Shown here piece by piece: positions 10,815 to 21,052 of a DNA stretch of 64,000 bases (position 1 is the stretch's first letter; every line of letters starts with the position of its first letter). Location of the stretch: contig CBIHPK010000001.1 of the NCBI GenBank assembly GCA_966211675.1, positions 27,814 through 91,813 on the forward strand. Direction: 5' to 3'. Source of the DNA: an uncultured Myxococcaceae bacterium. Its GTDB lineage: Bacteria; Myxococcota_A; Polyangia; Polyangiales; Ga0077539. The translations under genes and the position numbers were made by a program. Under the pieces are notes generated by a model. The model was not told where the DNA came from, did not search any database, and was given only the letters and a program-made list of their open reading frames with translations.

Positions 10815-12373
10815 GGCGTCACCGGCGTGCGGGGCACGTCGCCGTGGTCGCGCAGGGCGGCCTCGAGCGCGGCCATCGCGGCCATCGCGACCTCGTCCTG
10901 CCACGGGCGCGCCACCAGCTGCACGCCCACCGGGAGACCGGCGCTCTTCGCATCGACCTTCGCCGCGTGGCGCTCGATGAGCCCCTGCGGAGAGGGGCGC
11001 TTGGTCTCGTCGGGCCGCACCCTCGTCACCGGGACCACCCCGGCGGGAAACTGCACGGCGTTGTAGAGCAGCGCGGAGGTCGAGGCGGCGGTGAAGTTCT
11101 TGGACATCCCGTGCGGCAGCGCCGGGGTCGCGTAGGCCGGGCACAGGATCACGTCGACCCCGACCGCGTCCATCATGTCGAGCAGCCCCACGCGGTACCG
11201 GCGGAGCGCGTCGATGTGCCCCCAGAAGGCCCGCACGGACTTCTTGCCCATGGCGTTGAGCATGCGAGAGAGCCCCGCCTGGCCGCCCATCTTCGAGGCC
11301 GTGGCCATCCCCCGTCGCAGCGCGTCGGGCAGCTTCGCGAGCGAGAGCAGCGGCGCGATGGTCGGGTCGACCGGGTCTTCGCTCAAGGCCTCCATGAGCC
11401 CTTCGCCCCCGTCGGCGCTCATGGCGGCGAGGTAGTCGTCGAAGAGCGAGGCCACGTCCGGGGGCGTGAAGGGAACCGTCTCGCACCCCGACGCCGAGAG
11501 GGCCGCGCGGGCCACCTCCACGGCGCGAGCGACGGCCGTCGACACGGGCACCACGCCGTCGTTGGCGTAGTAGCCCACGCGCAGCCCGCGCGCGGGCAGC
11601 GAGCCCAGCGGGCGCCACGGGAGCGGCGGCACCTTGGGGTCGAGGGCGCTCATGCGCACCGGGTCCATCGCTCGGAAGAAGAGGTCGAGGTCGGCCACCG
11701 TGCGCGCCATCGGACCGCTCTGGCTGCGCACCGCCTCCTGGCCCTTCAAGAGGGTGTTCTGGCCGCGCGAGGGGAGGCGGTCGAGCGTGGGCTTGAAGCC
11801 GGTGATCCCGGTGAAGCTGCACGGCGTGCGGATGCTGCCGCCGATGTCGGTGCCGACCCCGAGGGGCGAGAGGCCCGCGGCGATGGCGGCGGCCTCGCCC
11901 CCGGACGATCCGCCCGGGGTGTGGTCGAGGCTGAAGGGGTTGGCGGTCTGCCCGTAGATGGGGTTGCGGCTCTCGGCGAAGAGCATCGTCTGCGACAGGT
12001 TGGTGCGACCGAGGATCACCGCCCCGGCCTCTCGCAGCATCGTGGCCATCACGGCGTCGCGCGCGGCGCGGTGGTGCAGCAGGCCCCGCACGCCCATGGT
12101 GGTGGGCAGGCCCACGAGGTCGAAGCACTCCTTGATGGTGACCGGCAGGCCGTGGAGCAGGCCGCGGGAGACTCCCCGGCGGCGCTCGTCGTCGCGGACG
12201 TCGGCCTCGGCGCGGGCCTCCTCGGCGAAGACCTGCGTGAAGGCCCGCAGCGTGTGGTCGTAGGTGCCGATGCGGTCGAGGTGGGCGTCCACGACCTCGC
12301 GGGAGGAGACGTCGCCGCGGGCGAGGAGGTCGCGAAGCGTGGTGGCGGGGAGGCTACAGAGGTCGTCGCTCAT
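10811..12373 (-). CDS. Amidase-signature family amidase (FAAH-like)
   Basis: Amidase signature [14 protein letters not shown]...[11 protein letters not shown] across a full-length 520-aa ORF. Confidence 0.9.
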   Translation of the reverse strand: MSDDLCSLPATTLRDLLARGDVSSREVVDAHLDRIGTYDHTLRAFTQVFAEEARAEADVRDDERRRGVSRGLLHGLPVTIKECFDLVGLPTTMGVRGLLHHRAARDAVMATMLREAGAVILGRTNLSQTMLFAESRNPIYGQTANPFSLDHTPGGSSGGEAAAIAAGLSPLGVGTDIGGSIRTPCSFTGITGFKPTLDRLPSRGQNTLLKGQEAVRSQSGPMARTVADLDLFFRAMDPVRMSALDPKVPPLPWRPLGSLPARGLRVGYYANDGVVPVSTAVARAVEVARAALSASGCETVPFTPPDVASLFDDYLAAMSADGGEGLMEALSEDPVDPTIAPLLSLAKLPDALRRGMATASKMGGQAGLSRMLNAMGKKSVRAFWGHIDALRRYRVGLLDMMDAVGVDVILCPAYATPALPHGMSKNFTAASTSALLYNAVQFPAGVVPVTRVRPDETKRPSPQGLIERHAAKVDAKSAGLPVGVQLVARPWQDEVAMAAMAALEAALRDHGDVPRTPVTP

Positions 12374-12449
12374 CGGGCGCGGAGGTTACCCGATCAGGCT
12401 GCGCGGCGGGGAGCGGCGAGTGTGTTCGACCGCGGCTCGCACCGAGGGA

Positions 12450-14714
12450 TTACATGGGCACGTATCCGAGGCGGGCGCCGGTGCCGAGGGTGCACGCGGT
12501 GCCGGGGGAACACACGGTGACCGCCGCGTTGCCGAGCTGGTTCTCGATGCCGGTGGCGATGTTCTGCCCGGTGGGGGGCGCGGCCATCGTGTCGTAATAG
12601 AACTCGATGGTGCCGCTCTCGTTGAGGATCGCCTCGAAGGTGACGTGCCTCGTGCGATCGGCGAGGAAGACCGCGTCGAACCACTCGACCACGAAGCGCC
12701 GCGAGGGCGCGACGCCGACGGTCGCCACGCAGACCCCGGTCGCGCTGGTGTAGAGGTCCGTGAGGTAGGGAGCGACGGTCCAGTTGGGGGCCGCGGGGTC
12801 GGGGATGAGCCCGAAGTAGCTCTGCAGCGCCACGCCGTTGAGCGAGAGCCAGCCGTTGCTGGTGATGTTCACCTGGGTGTTGATCGGGACGGTGGTGTTC
12901 CAGAAGCGCATGCCGAAGGGCAGCGCGAAGCGCACCGAGCTGTCGTCGACGTTGGGCATGAAGCGCTGGCTGCCCGCGGCGCCGCACGCGTCGATGAAGA
13001 TCGGCGGGGGAAAGCGGTAGAGCACCCGGGTGTACCCGCCGGTCGTCGCGGTCGAGCAGGTGCCGCCCGTGGCGCTGCAGCTCCCGGCGCAGGCGCGCCC
13101 GCAGGCGCCGCAGGCCAGGTTGGTGTTGACCGAGGCCTCGCAGCCGTTGGCGACGTTGCCGTCGCAGCTCGCGTAGCCCGGGTTGCACACCGGCGTGCAC
13201 GCGCTCGCCATGCACGCCACGCTGCCCGTGAACCAGACCGAGGCGGCCGGGCACACGGTGCGGCAGGCGCCGCAGTTGGCGACGTCGTTGGTGGTGTTCA
13301 CCTCGCAGCCGTTGGCCGCCGCGCCGTCGCAGTTGGCGAAGCCCGCGGCGCAGCTCCCGACGCCGCAGACGCCCGCCACGCAGCTGGCCACCGCGTTGGG
13401 GGCCGAGCAGCGGTTGCTGCACGCGCCGCAGTTGGTGACGCTGGTGCGCAGGTCCGTCTCGCAGCCGTTGGCCGCCGCGCCGTCGCAGTTGGCGAAGCCC
13501 GCGGCGCAGGCCCCGAGCAGGCACGCGCCCGCGGCGCAGCTCGCCGAGGCGTTGGGGAAGGCGCAGCGCGCGCCGCAGCGGCCGCAGTTGGCGGTGTCCG
13601 TGGCGGTGTTCACCTCGCAGCCGGCGACGGTGGTGTCGCAGTCGGCGTAGCCCGCGTTGCAGCTCGCGATGCCGCAGACGCCCGCCGCGCAGCGGGGCGT
13701 CCCGTTGGGCGCCGTGCAGGCGCGGGCGCAGGCCCCGCAGTTGGTCACGCTGGTCTGGAGGTCGACGCACGCGCCGCCGCACATCGCGTACGGGCAGATC
13801 GTCGTGCAGGCGCCGCGCACGCACGACTGACCGCTCGCGCAGCGGGTGCCGCACGCTCCGCAGTTGGCCCCGTCGGACTGGGTGTTCGCCTCGCAGCCGT
13901 TGGCGGCGTTGCCGTCGCAGTTGCCGTAGCCCGCGGTGCAGGTGATGCCGCACGCGCCCGCGGCGCAGGAGGGCGTGCCGTTGGTGTTGGCGCACGCGGT
14001 CGGGCAGCTCCCGCAGTGGGCGACGTCGCTCTGGAGGCTGGCCTCGCAGCCGTTGGCGGCGTTGCCGTCGCAGTCGCCGTATCCCGCCGCGCAGGCGATG
14101 GCGCACGCGCCCGCGGTGCACGAGGCCGTCCCGTGCGTGGTGTCGCAGCGGGTCATGCACGAGCCGCAGGTGGCCGCGGTGGAGAGGTCGGCCTCGCAGC
14201 CGTCGGAGGCGACGCCGTTGCAGTCGGCGTAGCCGGGCTCGCAGGTGAACGAGCACGCCCCCGCCGAGCAGACGCTGGCGGCGTGGGGCGCGGAGCACTG
14301 GTTGCCGCAGCGCCCGCAGTGGGCCGCGGTGGTCTCCGTGTCCACGCAGGCGTCGCCGCAGAAGGTCTGCCCCGTGGGGCACGCCATCGCGTCGCCGGTC
14401 GCGTCCGTGGCGCCCGCGTCGCTCGCGTCGTCCGAGGCGTCGGCGGCGTCCGTGGCGGCGTCGGTCACGTCGGCGGCGGGGGCGTCGCCCGCGTCGAGGC
14501 CGAGGTCCGTGGCCGGCGCGTCGGCGACGGGTACGTCCGCGGCGGGCGCGTCGGGGACCGGGACGTCCGTGGGGGGTGGGGCGTCGGGGACATCCGATGG
14601 GGAGGGCCCTCCGCGGAGGCCGAACTCGCTCGTCGGATACGAGCAGCCCGAGAGGGCGATGGACGTCAGGAGCAGAGCGGCCGAGAGCGCGCGGAGCGGG
14701 GCGTGGGATGACAT
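12450..14714 (-). CDS. Cysteine-rich repeat lipoprotein (myxobacterial Cys-rich repeat type) with a distinct C-terminal beta-rich domain
   Basis: Start MSSHAPLRALSAALLLTSIALSGC carries a lipobox. An acidic D/P/A spacer follows. Then come about ten modules of the form NCGxCxxxC...C.AG.C...C..G..(N/D)CDG...NGCE. The C-terminal roughly 195 aa lack the Cys pattern. Confidence 0.85.
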   Translation of the reverse strand: MSSHAPLRALSAALLLTSIALSGCSYPTSEFGLRGGPSPSDVPDAPPPTDVPVPDAPAADVPVADAPATDLGLDAGDAPAADVTDAATDAADASDDASDAGATDATGDAMACPTGQTFCGDACVDTETTAAHCGRCGNQCSAPHAASVCSAGACSFTCEPGYADCNGVASDGCEADLSTAATCGSCMTRCDTTHGTASCTAGACAIACAAGYGDCDGNAANGCEASLQSDVAHCGSCPTACANTNGTPSCAAGACGITCTAGYGNCDGNAANGCEANTQSDGANCGACGTRCASGQSCVRGACTTICPYAMCGGACVDLQTSVTNCGACARACTAPNGTPRCAAGVCGIASCNAGYADCDTTVAGCEVNTATDTANCGRCGARCAFPNASASCAAGACLLGACAAGFANCDGAAANGCETDLRTSVTNCGACSNRCSAPNAVASCVAGVCGVGSCAAGFANCDGAAANGCEVNTTNDVANCGACRTVCPAASVWFTGSVACMASACTPVCNPGYASCDGNVANGCEASVNTNLACGACGRACAGSCSATGGTCSTATTGGYTRVLYRFPPPIFIDACGAAGSQRFMPNVDDSSVRFALPFGMRFWNTTVPINTQVNITSNGWLSLNGVALQSYFGLIPDPAAPNWTVAPYLTDLYTSATGVCVATVGVAPSRRFVVEWFDAVFLADRTRHVTFEAILNESGTIEFYYDTMAAPPTGQNIATGIENQLGNAAVTVCSPGTACTLGTGARLGYVPM
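13056..14381 (-). repeat. Array of about 46-52-codon Cys-rich coding repeats, including a perfect 52-nt direct duplication
   Basis: The plus-strand string ctcgcagccgttggccgccgcgccgtcgcagttggcgaagcccgcggcgcag occurs identically at 13302-13353 and 13458-13509. The offset is 156 nt, or 52 codons. Confidence 0.8.
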
Positions 14715-14801
14715 CACGTGAGGGACCTCTTCGGCCCCGACACTAACCGAGTCCCCCATGCGGAGACGAGTCCTCTGGGGCCTCGCGGGGAGCGCGCGAT
14801 G

Positions 14802-16271
14802 TCAGGCGGTGTCGTCGAGGCCTCGCGCCTCGAGCACCAGCCGGGTGCGCAGCGCGTGGAGCGCCTGCTCCAGCCCGACGGGGTAGCTGTGCGGGTTGTC
14901 GAAGCGACGGATGGTGGGGTGCAGCGAGGCCACCTGCGCGCGCGTCCGCTCGCGGGCCTCGTGGATGGAGGGCTCCGCGTAGACCTTGCGGCCGCCGCGG
15001 TAGATGGGCGCGAGGAGGTCCTCGTGCGAGAGCCCCTCGGCGAAGGTGCGCCGCCGCGTGGGGTCGAAGGGGTCGATCATGGTGCGCGACGGCTCCGCCC
15101 CCTCGCTGGTGTCGTGGATCATGTCCCCCACGAATACCCCGTCCTGTAAGAAGCGCCGCACCTGCTGCACGCCGGGCGTGGAGATCTTGGCGGCCTGCTC
15201 GCTCAGCTTGATGCGGTGCTGCCAGGCGCCGCCCGGGTCGCGGATGGCGCCGAGCTTGTACACGCCGCCGAGCGCGGGCTGGTCGAAGGCGGTCACCAGC
15301 CTGGTGCCCACGCCCCACACGGTGATGGCCGCTCCCTGGTGCTTCAGGCTCTCGATGAGCCGCTCGTCGAGGTCGTTGCTCGCGACGATGGCGGCGTCGG
15401 TGAAGCCGTGCTCGTCGAGGATCTTCCTCGCCTCGATGGACAGGTACGCGAGGTCGCCGGAGTCGAGCCGGATGCCCCCGAGCTTGTGGCCCTGGGACTC
15501 GAGCCACGCGCCCACCTCGCAGGCGTGCCGCACCCCCTGGAGCGTGTCGAAGGTGTCCACCAGGAAGATGCAGTTGTTGGGCAGCGTGCGCGCGTACTCG
15601 TGGAAGGCCTGGAGCTCGTCGCCGAAGGCCATCACCCAGGCGTGAGCGTGCGTGCCCTTCGCGGGGATGCCATAGCGCCGCCCGGCGAGCACGTTGGAGG
15701 TGGCGTGCACGCCGCCGACGTAGGCCGCGTAGCTGGCCGCGAGCGAGCCGTCGATCCCCTGGGCGCGGCGCAGCCCGAACTCCAGCACCGAGTCTCCCTG
15801 CGCGGCGGCGCAGACGCGGGCGGCCTTGGTGGCGATGAGCGTGTGGAAGTTGATGAGGTTGAGGAGCGCCGTCTCGACGAGCTGGCACTGGAGCAGCGGC
15901 CCCTGCACGCGCACCAGCGGCTCGTGGGCGAAGACGACGGTGCCCTCCGGCGCGGCGTCGACGTCGAGCGAGAGCCGCATCTGCCCGAGCCAGGTCAGGA
16001 ACTCCTCCGGGAAGAGCGCGCTGCCGTCGTTGCCCTGGAGCGTCCGCAGGTACGCGAGGTCGCCGTCGGTCAAGCGCAGCCGGTCGAGCCACTCGATGGC
16101 CGCGTGCAGCCCGCACGCGACGGCGTACCCGCCCTGGAAGGGGTTGTTGCGGAAGTGCAGGTGGAAGACCGCCTCGCGCTCGGCGATGCCGCTGCGCCAG
16201 TACCCGCAGGCCATGGTGAGCTGGTAGAGGTCGGTGAGCAGCGCGAGCGAGCCGTCGTCGGTGGGGTTCAC
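14802..16271 (-). CDS. pncB: Nicotinate phosphoribosyltransferase
   Basis: N-terminal [15 protein letters not shown] and strong NAPRTase-like sequence throughout (GTHAHAW, IRLDSGD). I chose the GTG at 16271 (VNPTDDGS). The longer ATG at 16382 would add a non-conserved extension and overlap the divergent gene. Confidence 0.88.
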   Translation of the reverse strand: MNPTDDGSLALLTDLYQLTMACGYWRSGIAEREAVFHLHFRNNPFQGGYAVACGLHAAIEWLDRLRLTDGDLAYLRTLQGNDGSALFPEEFLTWLGQMRLSLDVDAAPEGTVVFAHEPLVRVQGPLLQCQLVETALLNLINFHTLIATKAARVCAAAQGDSVLEFGLRRAQGIDGSLAASYAAYVGGVHATSNVLAGRRYGIPAKGTHAHAWVMAFGDELQAFHEYARTLPNNCIFLVDTFDTLQGVRHACEVGAWLESQGHKLGGIRLDSGDLAYLSIEARKILDEHGFTDAAIVASNDLDERLIESLKHQGAAITVWGVGTRLVTAFDQPALGGVYKLGAIRDPGGAWQHRIKLSEQAAKISTPGVQQVRRFLQDGVFVGDMIHDTSEGAEPSRTMIDPFDPTRRRTFAEGLSHEDLLAPIYRGGRKVYAEPSIHEARERTRAQVASLHPTIRRFDNPHSYPVGLEQALHALRTRLVLEARGLDDTA

Positions 16272-16371
16272 AGCGCCCGCGAGCCTAGCGGAAGCCGCGC
16301 CACAGCGTCGCGCCTCGAATCGCCGGGGCGACTGGAAAGCGCGGAGCCCGGGGGCTATGCCTTCCAGTGCG

Positions 16372-17199
16372 ATGCGCGCCATGGATGTGATCGAACTTTT
16401 TGAGAGCGACCCGGAAGCCCCGCTGGACGAGGTGGCGCTCGCCATCGCGCGCGACGCCATGCCCAACCTCGACCTCGACGCGCAGCGCGCCGGGCTCGAC
16501 GACATGGCCGCGCCGCTGCGGGCCCGGGCGGCGATGCTCCACCGGCCCATGGACCAGGCCGCGCTGCTGGGCACCTACGTCTATGACGAGCTCGGCTTCG
16601 CGGGCGACGAGGAGACCTACGACGACCCGGCCAACAGCTACCTGCCGATGGTGATCGCCCGCCGCCGCGGCATCCCCATCAGCCTCGCGGTGGTGCTGGC
16701 GGCGCTGGGCCGACGCGCGGGGATGGACGTCGAGGGCGTCGGGTTTCCAGGGCACTTCCTGGTGCGCCTCGGGGGCCCCGGCGGGGTGTTCATCGACCCG
16801 TTCTTCCGCGCGAGGGTGATGTCCCCGAGCGCCATGGAGGCGCTGCTCCAGCGGGTGACCGGTGAGGCCGCGCCGCTGCAGGACGAGCACACCGCGGTGG
16901 TGGGCGCGAGGGCGGTGGCGGTGCGGATGCTCGCCAACCTGAAGAACGCCCACGAGCGCCGAGGCGACCACGCGAGGGCGTTGGTGGTGTGCGACCGGCT
17001 GGTCGACCTCACCGGGGCGCCGGAGCCGAGGCGCGACCGGGGGATGCACGCGCTGGCGCTGGGAGCCTTGGAGGCCGCGGCGGCCGACCTGCGGGCCTAC
17101 CTCAACGGTCGTCCCGACGCGAAGGACGCGGAGACGGTGAGCGCCGCGCTGGACGACATCCGGAAGAAGCGCGCGAGCGTCCGTCCGATGATGTCGTAG
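16372..17199 (+). CDS. SirB1/UPF0162-type transglutaminase-like plus TPR protein
   Basis: [40 protein letters not shown]...FPGHFLVR matches the SirB1 N-terminal pattern, followed by a helical TPR-like tail. Start alternatives are 16357 and 16381. Confidence 0.75.
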   Translation: MRAMDVIELFESDPEAPLDEVALAIARDAMPNLDLDAQRAGLDDMAAPLRARAAMLHRPMDQAALLGTYVYDELGFAGDEETYDDPANSYLPMVIARRRGIPISLAVVLAALGRRAGMDVEGVGFPGHFLVRLGGPGGVFIDPFFRARVMSPSAMEALLQRVTGEAAPLQDEHTAVVGARAVAVRMLANLKNAHERRGDHARALVVCDRLVDLTGAPEPRRDRGMHALALGALEAAAADLRAYLNGRPDAKDAETVSAALDDIRKKRASVRPMMS

Positions 17200-17212
17200 C
17201 GCGGGGGGGCTT

Positions 17213-17509
17213 TCAGCCCTTCGGCTTCTTGTTGATGGTGCTCTTGAGGGCGCTCGAGGCGCGGAAGCGCACGGCCTTGCGGCCGGGGATGGCGAGCGGC
17301 TGCTTCGTGGTCGGGTTGACGCCGGTGCGCGCGGCGCGCTGCCGCACGTCGAAGCTGCCGAAGCCGAGGAGGCGCACGCTGTCGCCTCGCTTCAGCGCGG
17401 CGGCGACCGTCGCGAGGAGGTCGTTCACGAACGCGGTGGCCTGCTTGCGGGTGAGCTCCGGGTGGGCGCCGCGGAGGTCGTCGACGAGGTCTCGTTTGCT
17501 GACTGGCAT
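17213..17509 (-). CDS. HU/IHF-family DNA-binding protein (98 aa)
   Basis: LLGFGSFDVRQRAARTGVNPTTKQPLAIPGRKAVRFRAS is the HU beta-arm signature. This is the last 98 codons of track ORF 17213..18061. Confidence 0.9.
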   Translation of the reverse strand: MPVSKRDLVDDLRGAHPELTRKQATAFVNDLLATVAAALKRGDSVRLLGFGSFDVRQRAARTGVNPTTKQPLAIPGRKAVRFRASSALKSTINKKPKG

Positions 17510-17668
17510 ACACGCATGGGTAACACCCCGGTCGGGGCCCTTGGAAGGGCCTCGAATACGGCGAGAAGAGGCTTTGACATGCGAGCCATCACGGTGTGAG
17601 ACTCCCGCGCCACACCGTCGGGCGATTGGGTGACCGACGATGCAAACACCACAGAGGTGAACGTGACG

Positions 17669-18295
17669 ATGAACAGGACTCTGGCGCTCTCTTTGTCGAT
17701 CCTGGCGAGCCTTCCGGCCGCCGGAGTGATGGGCTGCACGGCGTCGACGCCGGCCGGCACCATGACGGTGCAGCAGCCGCCGCCGCCGCCCCCGCCGCCC
17801 CCGCAGCAGATGCAGCAGCCGATGGCGACGGCGCCCGCGATGATGCAGCCGACCGCGTCGGTCGGCAGCGGCAGCGCTGGGTCCATGGTCACCCAGACGT
17901 GGACCGCGACGGGTTACAACGTCTCGGACTTCGTCTCCAACCACATGACGCTCCGCGCCCGGCAGTTCGCCAACGGCTTCATCGCCGTGACCGACCTCGT
18001 CCGCGGCATCCTGCGCCACGGCGAGCGTCGCACCGTCGTCGCGGCGGTGGTCGGCGGTCACTGCTACCGCATCATCGGCGTCGGCGGCGCCGGCGTGCAG
18101 GACCTCGACCTCTACCTCCGCGACCTCACCGGCAACGTGATCGATCAGGACCGCGCGCCGGACAACTTCCCGGTCATCGGCCTCGACCGCCAGCTCTGCC
18201 TCCCGCAGGGCATGGGCAACCAGTCCGCCCAGCTCGAGATCCGCATGGCTCGCGGCGAGGGTGAGATCGGCGTCCAGGTCTTCGGCTCGCCCTGA
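17669..18295 (+). CDS. Hypothetical lipoprotein with a poly-Pro/Gln linker
   Basis: MNRTLALSLSILASLPAAGVMGC carries a lipobox. A run of nine Pro codons lies at about 17775-17801. AGAGGTG sits about 11 nt upstream of the ATG. Confidence 0.7.
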   Translation: MNRTLALSLSILASLPAAGVMGCTASTPAGTMTVQQPPPPPPPPPQQMQQPMATAPAMMQPTASVGSGSAGSMVTQTWTATGYNVSDFVSNHMTLRARQFANGFIAVTDLVRGILRHGERRTVVAAVVGGHCYRIIGVGGAGVQDLDLYLRDLTGNVIDQDRAPDNFPVIGLDRQLCLPQGMGNQSAQLEIRMARGEGEIGVQVFGSP

Positions 18296-18326
18296 TCGCT
18301 CGCCCCCGCTCCTCCCTCCCTCTCCT

Positions 18327-18974
18327 TCACCTCACCAGCAGATCTCTCGCCAGCGCCTGAAGCGCCGAGGCGTCCTCCAGCATCCTCGGCGGCGGACACC
18401 GCGAGCCCGGGGTCGCGTCTCGCAGCGCCCGATGGTTGGCCAGCGCGTCGCGCCTCAACCCCTCCCAGTGCGCGTCGGGAAGGCCGACGGCGGCGCGGTT
18501 GATCCAGAGCCACGCGAGCGCGGCGGCGTCGCACTGCAGTTCCGTCGAGGGCCGGTCGCTGAACTCGCCGTGGTTGTGGAAGTGCGACCAGTCGTGCAGC
18601 GCCCAGTAGAGGCCGTTGGCGTTGTCGGCCGAGAGCCAGAAGGTCTCCGTCGGAGGGCGGCGCTCGCCGTAGAGGAGGTCCGTCGCGTCGTCGATGGCGT
18701 AGGGGGCGAGGGCGAGCTCGTCGGTGATCCCGAGCGCGGCGGCGTGCGCTCGGCCGGTGTGCAGCCACGCGAGCTCCGTCGGCAGCGCGGGCCACGGCGC
18801 TCGCAGCACGAAGGCCAGGCCCAGCGGCAGCTGGTCGTCGAGAGCGTTGAGCGCGAGCGAGTCCGCGGCGCAGCGCCAGGTGAGCGTGCTGCTCGGGCAC
18901 CAGTTGAAGCCGTCGAAGGTCTCCGGTGAGACCAGCAGCGGGAGGGGTGGGGTGAGGAGCTCGGCGGCGCGCAT
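18327..18974 (-). CDS. Hypothetical protein (215 aa)
   Basis: Ordinary composition (W/H/F-rich segments such as DWSHFHNHGEF). The start lies 3 nt downstream of the preceding gene's stop, which suggests an operon. Confidence 0.6.
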   Translation of the reverse strand: MRAAELLTPPLPLLVSPETFDGFNWCPSSTLTWRCAADSLALNALDDQLPLGLAFVLRAPWPALPTELAWLHTGRAHAAALGITDELALAPYAIDDATDLLYGERRPPTETFWLSADNANGLYWALHDWSHFHNHGEFSDRPSTELQCDAAALAWLWINRAAVGLPDAHWEGLRRDALANHRALRDATPGSRCPPPRMLEDASALQALARDLLVR

Positions 18975-18977
18975 CTC

Positions 18978-20969
18978 TCAGTCTCCGCAGTCGACGCCGG
19001 GGCCGACGATCTCGGGTCGCCCTGCGGCGAGGCTCTGGAGGAAGCATCGGTAGAGCCGCTTTGGTTCGGCGGTCTGGAAGGCGGTCTCGTGGCCGTCCTC
19101 GAGGGCGTCGCCCGGGAGCTGCGCCACGACGGCGGTCGCGCCGCGGCGGTTGGCCGAGACGGGGAAGGACCGCACGGAGGCGGAGCGCAGCGGCAGCAGG
19201 TCGACCAGCGAGGTGAAGGCGCGCAGCTCGGGGGTGCTCTGGTCGAGCGGGGTTCCTGCGAGGTCGAGGCCCATGGAGAGGGTCACCGCGTTGGCGATGG
19301 GCGGAAGGATGTAGTGGTCGGTGATGCCCTGCACGACGAAGACGCTGCGGGGCTCGCCGGAGAGCGGCTCGTCGATGATGTGGCGGCCGTAGACCTGCGG
19401 GTCGGAGGACTCCAGGGCCCACTGCATCAGCGCGAGGGCGGGGTCGTCCTCGCGGAAGTCCCGGCCCGAGCCGCTGTAGCCGACGAGCACCCGGGCGAGC
19501 GGCGCGACCGCGAGCGGGCGCAGCTTGTGGATCACGTTGGCGATGTAGCTCCCGCCCGCCCCGGACAGGATGGCGGCGCGAAAGCGGGGCTCCACCGCGA
19601 GGGCGAGCGGCGCGATGGTGGCTCCCATGGAGTGGCCCATCAGCGCCGTCGGCGAGACCTGCACGGTGGTGCTTCCGTCCGCGGCCATGGCGCCGGGGCA
19701 GTCGCTCACGTCGATGCGCAGGGCGCTGGCGACGTCGAACATCCGGGCGGTCTCCAGGGCGCTCTGTCTTACGTTGTCCCGTAAAGCCGCCGCGTTCGCG
19801 ACGTTGAACATCAGGAACTGCTCGTCCCCCATGGACACGTTGCGCGGCCCGCCGTGGGGACCGTCCCACGACACGCCCGCCCAGCCGACGCGGGCGAACT
19901 CCATCGCGGGGCCGGTCCCGGGCTGCGTGGGCGAGACGCCCGCCACGGTGCGCACGCCGCGGTCGACGAGCGGCCGGTCGCCTCCGCCGCCGGTGCGCAC
20001 GAAGAGCACCGCGGGCAGCGCGCCGGGGGCGGTCGCTCGGCGTCGGGGGATGGTCACCACCACGCGGCTCTCCTCGTCGCGCACGAAGCGGGGGTGGCCG
20101 TCGGCGGTGAGGGACCAGTCGCCGCCGGTGGTCCCGAAGGGGGGCGCCCCCTGCTGGTACGACGGCATGCGGACCGTGCCCTGATAGACGCAGTAGCCGG
20201 GGAATACATCGGTGCGTACGAGCGGCCCTGCGGGCGAGGGCAGCGGCCGGGCGCGGGCGTCGTCGAGGAAGGCGCGCAGCTCGCCCACCGGGTCGCCGGT
20301 GCGGAAGACCGCGAGCCCGGCGATGCTGGCGGTGGGGACCAGCGCGCGCTGGAGGGTCTGGAGGGCCGCTCGGTAGCTGGCCGCGGCGGCCGCGGGGAGG
20401 CCCGCGTCAGTGCCCGAGGCGAGCGCGGTGACCGTCGGCGAGGGGGAGAAGGTTCCGCCGCGGGCGAGGCGGAGCGAGCGCATGACGACCGCGGCGTAGC
20501 GGGTGTTGGCGCGCAGGGGGATGCCCTGCACCGGGACCAGGGTGAGCATCCCCTCGCCGCCGTAGGGGCCGCCGTCGGGCATCCAGCGGGCGGTGACCGG
20601 GGCGAGCTCGGCGTGGTCGAGGTCGAACACGAAGATGGACGCGCCGGGCGCCACGCTCGCGGCGGCAGTGGGGAGCTGCGCCGCGTCGGGCTCGTCGGTG
20701 AGCGGGAGGTAGATCGTCGACGAGGTGCCGAACCCGCGGACCCGCGAGGCGAGGTCGATCAGGCCCTGGACGTAGCGCTGGTGCGAGGGGTTGGGCCATC
20801 GCGAGAGGTCGATGGCGCCGTCACGGGAGAGGTCGTCGCTGGGGAAGGGGGCGGTGAAGAACCCTTCGCGGCGGGAGAAGTCCATGCGCACGGTGGCCTG
20901 CGCGGGGGCCTCGACGGGGGCGCCGCAGGCGGCGAGGAGGGCGATGCCGAGAGCGAGGGCGCGGCGCAT
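18978..20969 (-). CDS. Lipoprotein, putative alpha/beta hydrolase
   Basis: Internal start MRRALALGIALLAACG carries a lipobox. A nucleophile-elbow-like GHSMGA is present. 663 aa. Confidence 0.72.
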   Translation of the reverse strand: MRRALALGIALLAACGAPVEAPAQATVRMDFSRREGFFTAPFPSDDLSRDGAIDLSRWPNPSHQRYVQGLIDLASRVRGFGTSSTIYLPLTDEPDAAQLPTAAASVAPGASIFVFDLDHAELAPVTARWMPDGGPYGGEGMLTLVPVQGIPLRANTRYAAVVMRSLRLARGGTFSPSPTVTALASGTDAGLPAAAAASYRAALQTLQRALVPTASIAGLAVFRTGDPVGELRAFLDDARARPLPSPAGPLVRTDVFPGYCVYQGTVRMPSYQQGAPPFGTTGGDWSLTADGHPRFVRDEESRVVVTIPRRRATAPGALPAVLFVRTGGGGDRPLVDRGVRTVAGVSPTQPGTGPAMEFARVGWAGVSWDGPHGGPRNVSMGDEQFLMFNVANAAALRDNVRQSALETARMFDVASALRIDVSDCPGAMAADGSTTVQVSPTALMGHSMGATIAPLALAVEPRFRAAILSGAGGSYIANVIHKLRPLAVAPLARVLVGYSGSGRDFREDDPALALMQWALESSDPQVYGRHIIDEPLSGEPRSVFVVQGITDHYILPPIANAVTLSMGLDLAGTPLDQSTPELRAFTSLVDLLPLRSASVRSFPVSANRRGATAVVAQLPGDALEDGHETAFQTAEPKRLYRCFLQSLAAGRPEIVGPGVDCGD

Positions 20970-21052
20970 GGAGCGCGGACGATAGCGCGGGACGGAGGCC
21001 CCGCGGCGCCCGCGCGGGTCGAAGCGGATGCTAGTCTCCCGGTCGGTCGTTG

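Noticed and set aside
16272-16382. Longer pncB N-terminus starting at ATG 16382
   Set aside because: The extension ([26 protein letters not shown]...) is not NAPRTase-like and would overlap the divergent SirB1-like gene start. The GTG at 16271, just before the conserved [10 protein letters not shown] block, fits better.
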